Source of the DNA: an uncultured Rhodobacteraceae bacterium
GTDB lineage: Bacteria > Pseudomonadota > Alphaproteobacteria > Rhodobacterales > Rhodobacteraceae
DNA: 64,000 nt
NCBI GenBank assembly: GCA_913041815.1
Contig: CAJWJE010000002.1
Location: 13,944-77,943, forward strand
Direction: 5' to 3'
Part shown: in pieces, positions 50,674 through 61,020 of the stretch
How the letters are laid out: each line of letters begins with the position of its first letter
Numbering within the stretch: position 1 is the stretch's first letter
Notes under the pieces: generated by a model
Told to the model about the DNA's origin: nothing
What the model saw: the letters and a program-made list of their open reading frames with translations, nothing else
Databases searched by the model: none
Position numbers and translations under genes: made by a program

Positions 50674-51741
50674 CTAGACCGCGTCAAAATCCAATACGAC
50701 CAACTCTGAACGCGGCTTAAATTGGCAGGCCAAAACATAGCCCTGTTCGATTTCCCAGGGCTCGAGCGAAAAGTTTTGTGCCATCTCCCCCTCCCCTTGG
50801 CTTAACTTGCAGCGGCAGGTCGCGCACATGCCATTGGCGCAAGAATACGGCAGCTCAAGCCCAGACTGGCTCGCCGCGTCAAGCAGCATATCGCCCGCCT
50901 CCATAGCGAACCCACGGCGCGCGCCATCCAACACCACCTCAACCCGCGCGCCGCGAGTGGCGGAGGTCTTTTGAGCCGCGCCGGCAATCGGCAAGGGGCT
51001 GGATGGGGTGAAGAGCTCAAATTTGATCCGCTCAGGCGGCACGCCCAAAACCGTCAAAGCCTCTGAAGCCGCTGTGATCATCGGCTGCGGGCCACAGATA
51101 TAGATCGCATCATATTCCATTGGAGAAATAAGCCCGCGTGTGGCCATCGTGCTCAGTTTCTCTGCATCCATGCGCCCATTGAAGAGCGCCACATCCTGTG
51201 CCTCCTCATCCATCACATGGGTCATCAAAAATCGTGTGAGATACCTGTCTTTAAGATCGTCGAAAGCTTGGCGAAACATAATGCTTTCGGTGTTGCGATT
51301 GGCATAGCAAAGGGTCACCGTGCTATCGGCTTCTCCGGCCAATACCGATTGTGCAATCGATTTGATCGGCGTCACCCCCGAGCCCGCGGCCAAGAGCAAA
51401 TAATTGTGCCGCCCGCCAATCGGTGCAGTGAACCGCCCCTGCGGTGGCATAACCTGCAACACATCGCCGGGCTTCAAGCTCAAAGCAAAACTCGAAAAAG
51501 CTCCGCCCTCAATTTTCTTGATCCCAACCGATATCTGCGGCGCGCCCAGCGCAGAGCAAATCGAATAAGATCGGCGCAAGTCCTGCCCATCGACCATGGC
51601 GCGAAGAGTCAAATATTGCCCAGGCTCAAAAACAAATTCAGAGGCCAAAGCCGCTGGTATCTCAAAACTGAGCTCGACCGAGCTGGCGGTATCGGCGCGC
51701 ACAGTGCTGATTGTCAAATCATAAAATCTCAGTTTGGCCAT
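50674..51741 (-). CDS. paaE: 1,2-phenylacetyl-CoA epoxidase reductase subunit E
   Basis: FNR-like FAD/NAD domains (RSYSICS; GSG.TP) plus a C-terminal plant-type 2Fe-2S motif C....C..C. Confidence 0.92.
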   Translation of the reverse strand: MAKLRFYDLTISTVRADTASSVELSFEIPAALASEFVFEPGQYLTLRAMVDGQDLRRSYSICSALGAPQISVGIKKIEGGAFSSFALSLKPGDVLQVMPPQGRFTAPIGGRHNYLLLAAGSGVTPIKSIAQSVLAGEADSTVTLCYANRNTESIMFRQAFDDLKDRYLTRFLMTHVMDEEAQDVALFNGRMDAEKLSTMATRGLISPMEYDAIYICGPQPMITAASEALTVLGVPPERIKFELFTPSSPLPIAGAAQKTSATRGARVEVVLDGARRGFAMEAGDMLLDAASQSGLELPYSCANGMCATCRCKLSQGEGEMAQNFSLEPWEIEQGYVLACQFKPRSELVVLDFDAV

Positions 51742-51753
51742 CGCAGCCTCTCC

Positions 51754-52242
51754 TCAAATACATTTGAAATAATCGAAGGGCTCATGACAGGCGTTGCACC
51801 GATACTGAGCCTTGCAGGCTGTGGAGCCAAATTCCGAAAGTTTGGACGTCTGCGTTGACGCACAGCGCGGGCAAGCCACTGTGATCTCACCAAAGAGCGC
51901 GCGTTTCGATGAAGAGCCCGCCACAGGCGGCGCAATCCCATAGGCACGAAGTTTTTTCCGCCCCGCTTCGGTGATCCAGTCCGTGGTCCAAGCCGGTGCG
52001 AGGACCCGTTCAATCACAGGATCAAAACCGGCCTGCCGCAGCGCAGCCTCAATGGCCAATTCAATCGCCAGCACCGCCGGGCATCCCGAATAGGTGGGGG
52101 TGACCTGGGCAACTGCGCGCCCCTGATCATCAATGTCGACAGCCCGCAATATGCCCAATTCTGCCACGGTGACCGCTGGCACCTCGGGGTCCAAAACAGC
52201 CGCTGCGGCCGCCCAAGCGCGGCGAGCCTTGAGCGCTACCAT
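51754..52242 (-). CDS. paaD: 1,2-phenylacetyl-CoA epoxidase subunit D
   Basis: V.DPE.P..T..ELG, TPTYSGCPA and a C-terminal CP.C......SEFG.T.CK..Y.C..C.EPF.YFK. Confidence 0.9.
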   Translation of the reverse strand: MVALKARRAWAAAAAVLDPEVPAVTVAELGILRAVDIDDQGRAVAQVTPTYSGCPAVLAIELAIEAALRQAGFDPVIERVLAPAWTTDWITEAGRKKLRAYGIAPPVAGSSSKRALFGEITVACPRCASTQTSKLSEFGSTACKAQYRCNACHEPFDYFKCI

Positions 52243-52991
52243 GTCATATCTGGAAAGCTACGCTGCATAAATTGCAGCTGCGCCAAAAGATGGCCCATGG
52301 CTTCGGTATGCACCCCCCGCCGGCCCCCCTTTTGCGCATAGACATCTTTCGGCGGAACGAGCCTGGCCTCCGCGAATACCTGCTCAACATCCGCTTGCCA
52401 TGCGGGCTGCAACGTTTGAGTGTCTGGCAATATACCGCCCGCAATAACATCGCAGATGTCTTGATCCACAATAAAAAATTCGCCCGTATAAGGGGCCAAA
52501 AGCGCCACGGCCTCGGCCATGCGCCGCACACTTTCATCGGTTCCATCTCCCAGACGGATCACCCATTGCGCACAATGGCGGCGGTGATACTCTGCCTCTT
52601 TCACGGCCTTGGCCGCAATCGCCGCAAGAGTGGCATCCGCCGACCGCTCAGCCGCCTGCCAGAACAATTGCATGAAACTGGCAAAGTAAAACTGCCGCAA
52701 CATCGTATGGGCGAAATCCCCATTGGGCAGCTCACAAATAAGTAAATTTCGGTAAGCACGCTCCAGTCGACCGAAGGCCAAAGCATCCTCATCACGCCCC
52801 GCGCCTTCCAATTCACCGGCATAGCTGTAGAGCGCACGCGCTTGGCCAATCAGATCCAGCGCAATATTGGGCATGGCCAGATCTTCTTCGAGCATGGGGG
52901 CATGGCCGCACCATTCCGACAGGCGGTGCCCCAATATCAAGTGATCATCCGCCAGCCCGATCAAAGCTGTCACCAGTGAGGCCGGCATCAC
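52236..52991 (-). CDS. paaC: 1,2-phenylacetyl-CoA epoxidase subunit C
   Basis: LGD..L.LGHRLSEW.GHAP.LEED.A..NIALD..GQAR pattern. Lies in paaABCDE order. Confidence 0.9.
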   Translation of the reverse strand: MMPASLVTALIGLADDHLILGHRLSEWCGHAPMLEEDLAMPNIALDLIGQARALYSYAGELEGAGRDEDALAFGRLERAYRNLLICELPNGDFAHTMLRQFYFASFMQLFWQAAERSADATLAAIAAKAVKEAEYHRRHCAQWVIRLGDGTDESVRRMAEAVALLAPYTGEFFIVDQDICDVIAGGILPDTQTLQPAWQADVEQVFAEARLVPPKDVYAQKGGRRGVHTEAMGHLLAQLQFMQRSFPDMTW

Positions 52992-53278
52992 ATATGCCCC
53001 ACATCATCTGGAATTTCATAAAAGCTGGGGTGGCGGTAGATTTTATCCTCGGCCGGATCAAATAGTGATCCGCGGTCTTGCGGGTCAGAAGCCACAATCT
53101 GCGCCGATGGGATAACCCAAACCGACAGCCCCTCGCCGCGGCGGGTATAGACATCGCGCGCCGCTTGTAGCGCCATTTCAGCATCCGCCGCATGCAGCGA
53201 GCCGCAGTGACGATGCGCCAGCCCATTGCGCGGGCGGATAAACACTTCCCAAAGTGGAATTTCTTCAGCTTCGCTCAT
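52988..53278 (-). CDS. paaB: 1,2-phenylacetyl-CoA epoxidase subunit B
   Basis: 96 aa with PLWEVF.R.R.GL.H.H.GS.HA.D...AL..ARD.Y.RR.EG.S.WV. Start set at the ATG at 53278. Confidence 0.92.
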   Translation of the reverse strand: MSEAEEIPLWEVFIRPRNGLAHRHCGSLHAADAEMALQAARDVYTRRGEGLSVWVIPSAQIVASDPQDRGSLFDPAEDKIYRHPSFYEIPDDVGHM

Positions 53279-53297
53279 GTGGTCTTTTCCTCCTGCC

Positions 53298-54290
53298 TCA
53301 CTCAGCAGCCAAAGCTGTGGATTGCCGCGCCGCGCGTTTATTGGCATGAGCAATCGCCGCCTCGCGAACCCAAGCCCCGTCTTCCCAGGCCTTTTTGCGC
53401 GCTGCCACACGGGCTTTGTTCAATGGACCATTCCCCTTGACCACAGCCCAAAACTCATCCCAATCAATTTCGCCATAGTCATAGCGCCCCTCCGCCTCAT
53501 TCCAGGCCAAGGCTGGATCTGGCAGAGTTAAGCCTAAGCGCTGCGCCTGTGGCACGGTGGCATCCACAAACTTCTGCCGCAGCTCATCATTGGTGAACCG
53601 CTTGATTTTCCAGCGCGTAGATTGATCCGAATGCTCGCTTGCCCCATCGGGCGGGCCAAACATCATCAATGCGGGCCACCACCAGCGATTCAACGCATCC
53701 TGCGCCATTTCCTTTTGCGCCGCGCTCCCTTCGGCCAGTTTCAGCATGATCTCATAGCCTTGGCGTTGGTGAAAACTCTCTTCCTTACACACGCGGATCA
53801 TGGCCCGTGCATAAGGCCCGTAGGAGCAGCGGCACAAAGGCACTTGGTTCATAATGGCTGCCCCATCCACCAACCAACCAATGGCACCGATATCGGCCCA
53901 TGTTTGGGTGGGATAATTGAATATGGAGGAATATTTTGCCTTGCCGGAAATCAATTCCTCGGTCATCTGCTTCCGACTCACTCCGAGGGTTTCAGCGGCA
54001 GAATACAGATATAAGCCATGCCCACCTTCATCTTGCACCTTAGCCAATAGCGCAGCCTTGCGCCGCAAGGTTGGTGCACGGGTGATCCAATTGCCCTCTG
54101 GCAACATGCCAACGATTTCTGAATGCGCATGCTGACCAATTTGGCGGATCAAGGTCTTACGATAAGCCTCTGGCATGGGGTCATTTGGCTCAATTTTCTC
54201 ATCCGCATCAATACGCGCTTGGAAAGCCGCCAAAAATTCCGGCGTTTCGGTGGTCTGTTCGCCAGATCCAATCAGTCCTTGTGAGTACAT
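53298..54290 (-). CDS. paaA: 1,2-phenylacetyl-CoA epoxidase catalytic subunit A
   Basis: Di-iron ferritin-like motifs (QHAHSEI; QDEGGHG; EESFH). Start set at the ATG at 54290 after GGGAGAG. Confidence 0.95.
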   Translation of the reverse strand: MYSQGLIGSGEQTTETPEFLAAFQARIDADEKIEPNDPMPEAYRKTLIRQIGQHAHSEIVGMLPEGNWITRAPTLRRKAALLAKVQDEGGHGLYLYSAAETLGVSRKQMTEELISGKAKYSSIFNYPTQTWADIGAIGWLVDGAAIMNQVPLCRCSYGPYARAMIRVCKEESFHQRQGYEIMLKLAEGSAAQKEMAQDALNRWWWPALMMFGPPDGASEHSDQSTRWKIKRFTNDELRQKFVDATVPQAQRLGLTLPDPALAWNEAEGRYDYGEIDWDEFWAVVKGNGPLNKARVAARKKAWEDGAWVREAAIAHANKRAARQSTALAAE

Positions 54291-54346
54291 CCATTCTCTC
54301 CCGAATATTGTGTAAAGCATATATTACAAAAATATATAATTCAATA

Positions 54347-55162
54347 TTATTTTGTAACACATTTAAAGCGGGTCTTGCATTCAGGTGCCCCATCGCTCAT
54401 CCGCACCAATTGCGGGTAGAGACCGGCCAGCGCGCGATGCGCATGCGCCAAGGGCCAATCGTCAAGTGGAGCCTCAATGGCGGGATAGCGCAGCACCAAG
54501 CGGCGCCAAAAATGCACAAGCAATACCCGAGTTACCCGCGCCTGTGGTGCCGTCAGAGCACGCCCATCAAGAGCGCCGCAAAGGCGGGCAATCAAAGCGC
54601 AGCTCTCTGCACTCAATGCGGGAAACACCTGGTTGCGCGCCCAGTCGGAAAAGATCAGGGGCGCGCTGTCAAAAATCACAAGCTCGTCACGCCAGGGTAT
54701 CAATCCCTCGGGCATAGCCGCATCAGGCCAGCAGGCAAGCCGCGCCCCAAAAATTAACGGCGGGCGGGCCGCGCAATCTTTTTGCAACTGGGCCAAATCC
54801 GCATCCGGCCCGATCAAACCATAACACCAGTGTTTAATGTCTTGCGGGGCCGCATAAATCCACCGCGCCGCCCTGTGATACTGCTCCAGACCGGTGCTTG
54901 AGAAGCGATAGAATGCTTGCCGCCCCGCGCGCCGTCCCGCAACCAAGCCTTCCTTGGACAGGCGCGACATGGCCGTGCGCACCGCTTGAGGCTCAATCTC
55001 AAGCGCGGCGCAGAGCTCCAGAAGCGCAGACATCGAAATCTCGCCCCCCTCCGGTTCCGCCAACTCGCCCAAAATCGTGACAATCACCGACCAGACCCGC
55101 AACCGCCCCTGAGCGTGCAGATGGTGAATCAATTGGGCAAGAGGCGCAGGCTGCTCCATCAT
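54347..55162 (-). CDS. paaX: PaaX-family transcriptional regulator
   Basis: N-terminal winged helix (LR.WS.IVT.LGE...P.GGEIS...L......L.IE.QAVRTA.SRL..EG) followed by a PaaX_C-like domain. ATGA overlap with the paaZ stop. Confidence 0.8.
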   Translation of the reverse strand: MMEQPAPLAQLIHHLHAQGRLRVWSVIVTILGELAEPEGGEISMSALLELCAALEIEPQAVRTAMSRLSKEGLVAGRRAGRQAFYRFSSTGLEQYHRAARWIYAAPQDIKHWCYGLIGPDADLAQLQKDCAARPPLIFGARLACWPDAAMPEGLIPWRDELVIFDSAPLIFSDWARNQVFPALSAESCALIARLCGALDGRALTAPQARVTRVLLVHFWRRLVLRYPAIEAPLDDWPLAHAHRALAGLYPQLVRMSDGAPECKTRFKCVTK

Positions 55163-57225
55163 GCCCCTTTGGTTTCACCATATGAATTCATGGTCAACAA
55201 TTCATATTCTGCCACCAAATCGCGATCTTGGTTGCGCAGAGCTACATACCAGCGCACTTCACCATAGGCATCGGTGCGGCGCGTCTTGCGCTTAACTGTC
55301 AGCTGCACAGAAATGCGGTCACCCGCCACGACCGGCTTTTGAAATGACAGCCCATTGAGCCCCGTATTGGCCAGCACCGGGCCAGGGTTTGGCTCAACAA
55401 AGAGACCTGCGGCAAAACTCAGCAACAAATACCCATGCGCAACACGGTCTGGAAAGAACGGATTGGCCTTGGCCGCCGCGGCATCCATATGCGCATAAAA
55501 CCGATCGCCGGTAAACTCAGCAAAATGCTCAACATCCGCCAACGTGACCTCACGCGCATCGGTATGGAGAGTCTCGCCGATCTGAAGCGTATCAAAACTG
55601 CGCGTAAACGGATGCGCCGGCTCCGTATGCTCTGCCGCGCCTGTCACCCAGATCTCGGTGATGGCTGAAAGCATATCAGGGCTGCCTTGAATAGCGCAGC
55701 GTTGCATGAAATGTTTCACCCCGCGCAAACCGCCCAATTCCTCTGAACCGCCCGCCCGGCCTGGCCCGCCATGCACCATATGGGGCAAGGGCGCGCCATG
55801 GCCTGTGCTTTCAGCTTGAGATATCCGGTCATTGAAATAGAGGCGGCCATGAAACGCCCCTGCGCCCAAAACAACCTGCCGCGCGACCTGCGGATCATGG
55901 GTGATGACAGAGGCCACTAATGAGCCGCCACCTTTGTTCAATAAACAAATTGCATGGGGCAAGTCGCGATAGGCCATGACCGTGGAGACTGGGCCAAAGG
56001 CCTCAATCTCATGGAGTGTTGTGGCCGCATCGGGATCCGGGCAATGTAGCAAGACAGGCGACATAAATGCGCCATTTTTTGCATCAGCGCCGCTGACCAA
56101 ACACTGCTGCGCATCGCCGTAGACCGGGTCGCATTCACGCGCGAGAAGCTGCAATTTGTTACGCACGTCCTCACGTTGCGCCAAAGAGACCAAGGCACCC
56201 ATCTGCGTATCTCGCTGCGCCGGGTGGCCAATTTTCGTCGCGGCCAGCCGCTCTGATAATGCCGCATTCACCGCCTGCACATGAGCCTCTGGCACCATAA
56301 TGCGGCGAATGGCTGTGCATTTTTGCCCAGCCTTGGTGGTCATTTCACGATGCACCTCGGTGATGAAGAGTTCAAACTCCGGCGAACCAGGCTTGATATC
56401 CGGCCCAAGTACAGAGCCATTCAAACTGTCTTGTTCAGCGGTGAAGCGCACGGCATTTTGCAACAATGAGGGTCGGCTGCGCAGCGCCATCGCTGTGGCG
56501 GCACTGCCGGTGAAACCCACCGTGTCTTGCGCGTCCAGACAGTCCAAAAGATCCCCGGTGCCACCCATGATGAGCTGAAGTGCGCCCTCGGGCAAAATAC
56601 CACTATCTGCGATCAACCGCACCACAGCCTGCGTTAGATAGCCGGTGTCGCTGGCCGGTTTGACCAGGCTTGGCACCCCGGCCAAGAGACTGGGGGCAAG
56701 CTTTTCCAACATGCCCCAAACTGGAAAGTTGAACGCATTAATTTGCAGCGCGATCCCTTGGCGCGGTGTCAAAACATGCTGGCCAAGGAAACTGCCGTCG
56801 CGGCTGAGCATCTCCACTTCCCCATCGGGCAGAACAAACCCTTCCGGCATTTCCCGGCGCCCTTTGGACGCATAGACCAACAAGGTGCCAATGCCACCGT
56901 CGATATCAATCTGGCTGTCCGCAAGCGTGGCACCCGTCAGGAAGGACAATTCATAAAGCGCTTTGCGATTTGCCTTGAGATGCAACGCAAGCGCTTTGAG
57001 CATTCGCGCGCGATCGTGAAAATTCACGGCACGCAGCGCTGCCCCCCCGTGGGTTTTGGCGTAGCCGCGCATAGCAGCCACATCTGGCACCGCGCCCAGA
57101 ACGCCGAGGGTCTCACCGGTAACCGCCGAGCAAACCTGCCGCCCACTGCCATCTGAACGCAGCCAATGGCCCATAGCATAGCTTGAAAAATGATCTTGAT
57201 CCAACACCGGCACACCCCTGTTCAA
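55159..57225 (-). CDS. paaZ: Bifunctional oxepin-CoA hydrolase / 3-oxo-5,6-dehydrosuberyl-CoA semialdehyde dehydrogenase
   Basis: Colinear with E. coli PaaZ as recalled: INAFNFP.WGMLEKLAP, MTTKAGQKCTAIRRI.VP (catalytic Cys present), STGHG.PLP..VHGGPGRAGG.EELGG, and a C-terminal MaoC domain (D.FYAHMD...A......RVAHGY). Confidence 0.95.
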   Translation of the reverse strand: MNRGVPVLDQDHFSSYAMGHWLRSDGSGRQVCSAVTGETLGVLGAVPDVAAMRGYAKTHGGAALRAVNFHDRARMLKALALHLKANRKALYELSFLTGATLADSQIDIDGGIGTLLVYASKGRREMPEGFVLPDGEVEMLSRDGSFLGQHVLTPRQGIALQINAFNFPVWGMLEKLAPSLLAGVPSLVKPASDTGYLTQAVVRLIADSGILPEGALQLIMGGTGDLLDCLDAQDTVGFTGSAATAMALRSRPSLLQNAVRFTAEQDSLNGSVLGPDIKPGSPEFELFITEVHREMTTKAGQKCTAIRRIMVPEAHVQAVNAALSERLAATKIGHPAQRDTQMGALVSLAQREDVRNKLQLLARECDPVYGDAQQCLVSGADAKNGAFMSPVLLHCPDPDAATTLHEIEAFGPVSTVMAYRDLPHAICLLNKGGGSLVASVITHDPQVARQVVLGAGAFHGRLYFNDRISQAESTGHGAPLPHMVHGGPGRAGGSEELGGLRGVKHFMQRCAIQGSPDMLSAITEIWVTGAAEHTEPAHPFTRSFDTLQIGETLHTDAREVTLADVEHFAEFTGDRFYAHMDAAAAKANPFFPDRVAHGYLLLSFAAGLFVEPNPGPVLANTGLNGLSFQKPVVAGDRISVQLTVKRKTRRTDAYGEVRWYVALRNQDRDLVAEYELLTMNSYGETKGA

Positions 57226-57296
57226 AACTTATAATATTAATTGACCAAGCGGTCGGTCTATGCAAGTTATTTGTATATCCCCCAATGGAGGCCCGC

Positions 57297-58082
57297 ATGT
57301 CCGACACTATCATTACCCAACACCATGATGGCTGGATGCAGATCACATTGAACCGTCCAGATCGGCTCAACGCCTTCAATGATGAGATGCATGCCGCGCT
57401 CAACGCAGCGCTGAAACAGGCAGAAAACCCCGCGGTCCGCGCGCTATTGCTGACCGGTGCGGGGCGCGGGTTTTGTGCGGGGCAAGATCTTGAGGGGCGC
57501 GATCCGCGCAGTTTGGGTGGCCCGCCAGATCTGGGGCATACCCTGAGCACCCTCTACAATCCTCTGGTGCAGCGCCTACGCAGTCTGGCCAAACCCGTGG
57601 TCTGCGCAGTCAATGGGGTCGCCGCTGGAGCGGGCGCCAATATTGTATTTGGCTGCGATATCGTCTTGGCAGCCAACACGGCAAAATTTGTGCAGAGTTT
57701 TGCCAAAGTTGGATTGATACCTGATGCGGGGGGCACCTATCATTTGACCCAAATCTTGGGGCCGCTGCGCGCCAAAGCTTGGGCTATGACCGCCACACCC
57801 ATCACAGCGCAAACCGCCCAAGACTGGGGATTGGTTTGGCAATGTTTCGAGGCTGAAGCGCTTTTGGACGCGGCACAGAAGATGACCGCTGATCTGGCCC
57901 GCGGCGCGACCCTTGGCTTGGCCCAGACCAAACATGCCATTCACAAAGCGGGGCAAATGGATCTTGAGGCCCATATGGCGCTTGAAGCCGAAATTCAACG
58001 TGCTTGCGGCCAATCCGCAGATTACCTCGAGGGCGTCACAGCCTTTCTCGACAAGCGCCCTGCACAATATTCAGGACGCTAA
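57297..58082 (+). CDS. paaG: 2-(1,2-epoxy-1,2-dihydrophenyl)acetyl-CoA isomerase (crotonase family)
   Basis: LNRP.RLN.FNDEMHA.L and LLLTGAGRGFCAGQDL, YNPLV.RL..L.KPV.CAVNGVAAGAGA, colinear with E. coli PaaG. Start set at the ATG at 57297 after GGAGG. Confidence 0.9.
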   Translation: MSDTIITQHHDGWMQITLNRPDRLNAFNDEMHAALNAALKQAENPAVRALLLTGAGRGFCAGQDLEGRDPRSLGGPPDLGHTLSTLYNPLVQRLRSLAKPVVCAVNGVAAGAGANIVFGCDIVLAANTAKFVQSFAKVGLIPDAGGTYHLTQILGPLRAKAWAMTATPITAQTAQDWGLVWQCFEAEALLDAAQKMTADLARGATLGLAQTKHAIHKAGQMDLEAHMALEAEIQRACGQSADYLEGVTAFLDKRPAQYSGR

Positions 58083-58083
58083 G

Positions 58084-58524
58084 ATGCCATTAACTGCGCA
58101 GCAAATTGCCGAAAAATCCTCTGAGGCCTTGGGCGCTCATGATGCGGCCAGTCAAGCGCTAGGGCTGCGTGTCACCCATATCGCGCCCGGACAGGCCAAT
58201 GTGACTATGCAAATCACGGAGCAAATGCTCAACGGCCATGGGATATGTCATGGTGGTTTGATATTCACCCTTGCCGATACCGCCTTTGCCCACGCCTGCA
58301 ACAGCTACAATCAACGGGTCGTGGCCCAGACCTGCTCTGTCAGCTTTCTGGCCCCTGGCCAATTGGGCGACCACCTAACAGCCACGGCCCGCGAACTGCA
58401 CCGCGCCGGGCGCAGCGGCATTTATGACATTGAAGTCACCCGCGCCACGGGCGAGGTGATTGCTCAGTTTCGGGGACACTCCCGCAGCATCAAAGGGCAG
58501 CATTTTGAGGAGTCCCAGCCATGA
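58084..58524 (+). CDS. paaI: Hydroxyphenylacetyl-CoA thioesterase (hotdog fold)
   Basis: N..G..HGG.IF.LADTAFA.ACNS motif. 146 aa from the ATG at 58084. Confidence 0.88.
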   Translation: MPLTAQQIAEKSSEALGAHDAASQALGLRVTHIAPGQANVTMQITEQMLNGHGICHGGLIFTLADTAFAHACNSYNQRVVAQTCSVSFLAPGQLGDHLTATARELHRAGRSGIYDIEVTRATGEVIAQFRGHSRSIKGQHFEESQP

Positions 58525-59723
58525 CTGAAGCCTATCTTTGTACCGGGCGTCGCAGCGCGATTGGTCGTTTTGGTGGCGCTTTGGCGCAAACCCGGCCCGA
58601 TGATCTTTTGGCCCATGTGATCCGTGCCACCATCGCCGATGTGCCGGGCCTCGATCCTGCGGCCATTGACGATGTCATCATAGGCTGCGCCAATCAGGCC
58701 GGCGAGGACAATCGCAATGTGGCCCGCATGGCTGCCCTATTGGCCGGATTGCCACAGAGCGTGGCCGGCGTCACGCTCAACCGATTATGCGGTTCTGGAC
58801 TGGACGCAATCGCTATGGGTGCCCGCGCCATCAAAGCTGGTGAGGCGGATATCATTCTGGCCGGCGGCGTGGAAAGCATGACCCGCGCGCCCATGGTCAT
58901 GCCCAAGGCCGATAGCGCCTTTTCGCGAAAAGCTGAAATTTTTGATACAACCATCGGATGGCGATTTGTCAATCGCGAGATGAAGGCACAATTTGGCATC
59001 GACAGCATGCCAGAAACAGCGGAAAATGTCGCCGCAGATTTTGGCATATCGCGCGCCGATCAAGACGCCTTTGCCCATCGCAGCCAGTCCCGCGCGGCCA
59101 AAGCCCAGGCCTCTGGGCGATTTGCCCGGGAAATCACACCTATATCTCTGCCGCAACGGCGCGGCGACCCGATCATCTTTGACACAGATGAGCACCCCCG
59201 CACGACCAGCCTTGAAAAACTCGCCAGCCTCACAACACCGTTTCGGCAAAATGGCACAGTTACAGCCGGCAATGCGTCGGGCGTCAATGATGGGGCCGCG
59301 GCGCTCATCATCGCCTCGCAGGCTGCGGTCGAGCGCTTTGGTCTCACCCCTGTGGCGCGCATTCTTGGCACGGCCGTGGCAGGCGTGGCCCCGCGCATCA
59401 TGGGCATTGGTCCCGCGCCTGCCAGCGAAAAGCTCTTGCAGCGGCTTGGGCTGACGATGTCAGACATAGATTTGGTCGAATTGAACGAAGCCTTCGCCGC
59501 CCAGGGGTTGGCGGTCATGCGGCAGCTTGGCCTGGCCGATGATGCCGACCATGTGAACCCCAATGGCGGCGCCATAGCTCTTGGCCACCCGCTGGGCATG
59601 TCCGGGGCGCGTCTGGCTTTGACCGCTGCCCATGAAATGCAGCTAAACGGCCACAAACGCGCCCTATGCACCATGTGCATCGGCGTGGGGCAAGGCATTG
59701 CTATGATACTTGAGAAACTGTGA
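58521..59723 (+). CDS. paaJ: 3-oxoadipyl-CoA / 3-oxo-5,6-dehydrosuberyl-CoA thiolase
   Basis: Thiolase signatures LNRLCGSGLDA, NPNGGAIALGHPLG.SGAR and C.G.GQG. Confidence 0.93.
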   Translation: MTEAYLCTGRRSAIGRFGGALAQTRPDDLLAHVIRATIADVPGLDPAAIDDVIIGCANQAGEDNRNVARMAALLAGLPQSVAGVTLNRLCGSGLDAIAMGARAIKAGEADIILAGGVESMTRAPMVMPKADSAFSRKAEIFDTTIGWRFVNREMKAQFGIDSMPETAENVAADFGISRADQDAFAHRSQSRAAKAQASGRFAREITPISLPQRRGDPIIFDTDEHPRTTSLEKLASLTTPFRQNGTVTAGNASGVNDGAAALIIASQAAVERFGLTPVARILGTAVAGVAPRIMGIGPAPASEKLLQRLGLTMSDIDLVELNEAFAAQGLAVMRQLGLADDADHVNPNGGAIALGHPLGMSGARLALTAAHEMQLNGHKRALCTMCIGVGQGIAMILEKL

Positions 59724-59733
59724 GACGAGATCG

Positions 59734-61017
59734 ATGAAAGATTTATCCCCAAGACCCGGAGATTTAAGCGCAATCGAAACCGCCAGCCGCGATGAGATCG
59801 AAGCGCTGCAACTTGAGCGGATGCGCTGGTCTTTGACCCATGCCTACACCAATGTGCCCCATTACAAACAGAGCTTCGATGCGGCCGGCGTGCATCCCGA
59901 TAACCTGAAATCTCTGGCCGATTTAGCCCGCTTTCCGTTCACCTTGAAAACTGACTTGCGGAGCAACTACCCCTTTGGCCTCTTCGCCGTGCCACGCAGC
60001 CAGATCAACCGCATTCACGCCTCCTCTGGCACCACAGGCCAGCCAACAGTGGTCGGCTATACCAAAGCTGATTTGGCGATGTGGGATGAGGTGATGGAGC
60101 GGTCCTTGCGCGCCTCCGGTCTGCGCCCTGGAGATTCTCTCCACAATGCCTATGGCTATGGGCTTTTTACCGGCGGATTGGGCGTTCATGGCGGCGCAGA
60201 AAAAATGGGGCTGACGGTAGTGCCGGTCTCTGGCGGCATGACCGAACGGCAGGTGCGTTTGATCGAAGACTTTCAAGCCACTGGGATCACAGTCACCCCC
60301 TCTTATATGCTTTCAATTCTGGACGAATACCGGCGTCAGGGGATCGACCCGCGCAACTCCCCGCTGCAAGTGGGTATTTTTGGCGCCGAGCCTTGGACCA
60401 ATGCAATGCGCGAGGAGGTCGAGCAATCGTTTGATATGCATGCAGTGGATATTTACGGACTCTCGGAGGTGATGGGGCCCGGCGTGTCCTGCGAATGCGT
60501 CGAAAGCAAAGACGGGCTGCATATTTGGGAAGACCACTTCTACCCAGAGGTCATTGACCCTGAGACCGGCGCGGTTCTGCCCGATGGGGCGCTTGGTGAA
60601 TTGGTTTTCACATCTCTAACCAAACAGGCCTTTCCAATCATCCGCTACCGTACCCGCGATCTGACCCGCCTCCTTCCTGGTACGGCGCGCAGCATGCGGC
60701 GGATGGAGAAAGTTACCGGTCGCAGCGATGACATGATGATCCTGCGCGGGGTCAATGTTTTTCCCACGCAGATCGAAGAGCAATTGATGAAAGTGCCTCA
60801 GCTGGCCGCCCATTTTCAAATTGAATTGGTCAAAAAAGGCCCAATGGATCACATGATTGTGCATGTCGAAGGCGACAAAGCCGCGGGCGACACCCTGGCA
60901 ACGCTGATCAAGGCCAATATCGGCATCACGGCAGAGGTGCGCGCGGGCGCGGACAACTCGGTGGCCCGATCGCAAGGCAAAGCCGTTCGGGTCATTGATA
61001 ACCGAGCAGCGCGCTAA
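59734..61017 (+). CDS. paaK: Phenylacetate-CoA ligase
   Basis: L...E....DE...LQLER.RW.L.HAY.NVP.Y, SSGTTG.PTVV.YT..D and the C-terminal GKA.R..D.R motif. Start set at the ATG at 59734. Confidence 0.95.
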   Translation: MKDLSPRPGDLSAIETASRDEIEALQLERMRWSLTHAYTNVPHYKQSFDAAGVHPDNLKSLADLARFPFTLKTDLRSNYPFGLFAVPRSQINRIHASSGTTGQPTVVGYTKADLAMWDEVMERSLRASGLRPGDSLHNAYGYGLFTGGLGVHGGAEKMGLTVVPVSGGMTERQVRLIEDFQATGITVTPSYMLSILDEYRRQGIDPRNSPLQVGIFGAEPWTNAMREEVEQSFDMHAVDIYGLSEVMGPGVSCECVESKDGLHIWEDHFYPEVIDPETGAVLPDGALGELVFTSLTKQAFPIIRYRTRDLTRLLPGTARSMRRMEKVTGRSDDMMILRGVNVFPTQIEEQLMKVPQLAAHFQIELVKKGPMDHMIVHVEGDKAAGDTLATLIKANIGITAEVRAGADNSVARSQGKAVRVIDNRAAR

Positions 61018-61020
61018 CCT

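Noticed and set aside
59060-59773. A long antisense ORF (237 aa) opposite paaJ. Many similar shadow ORFs occur elsewhere, for example 49914..50579, 13703..14227, 18753..19286, 57576..58067 and 3759..4457.
   Set aside because: Each lies entirely inside a gene with a strong family signature on the other strand. Their translations are Arg/Ala/Pro/Gly-rich and low in complexity, which is typical of antisense frames in GC-rich DNA. None has an RBS or a recognisable motif.
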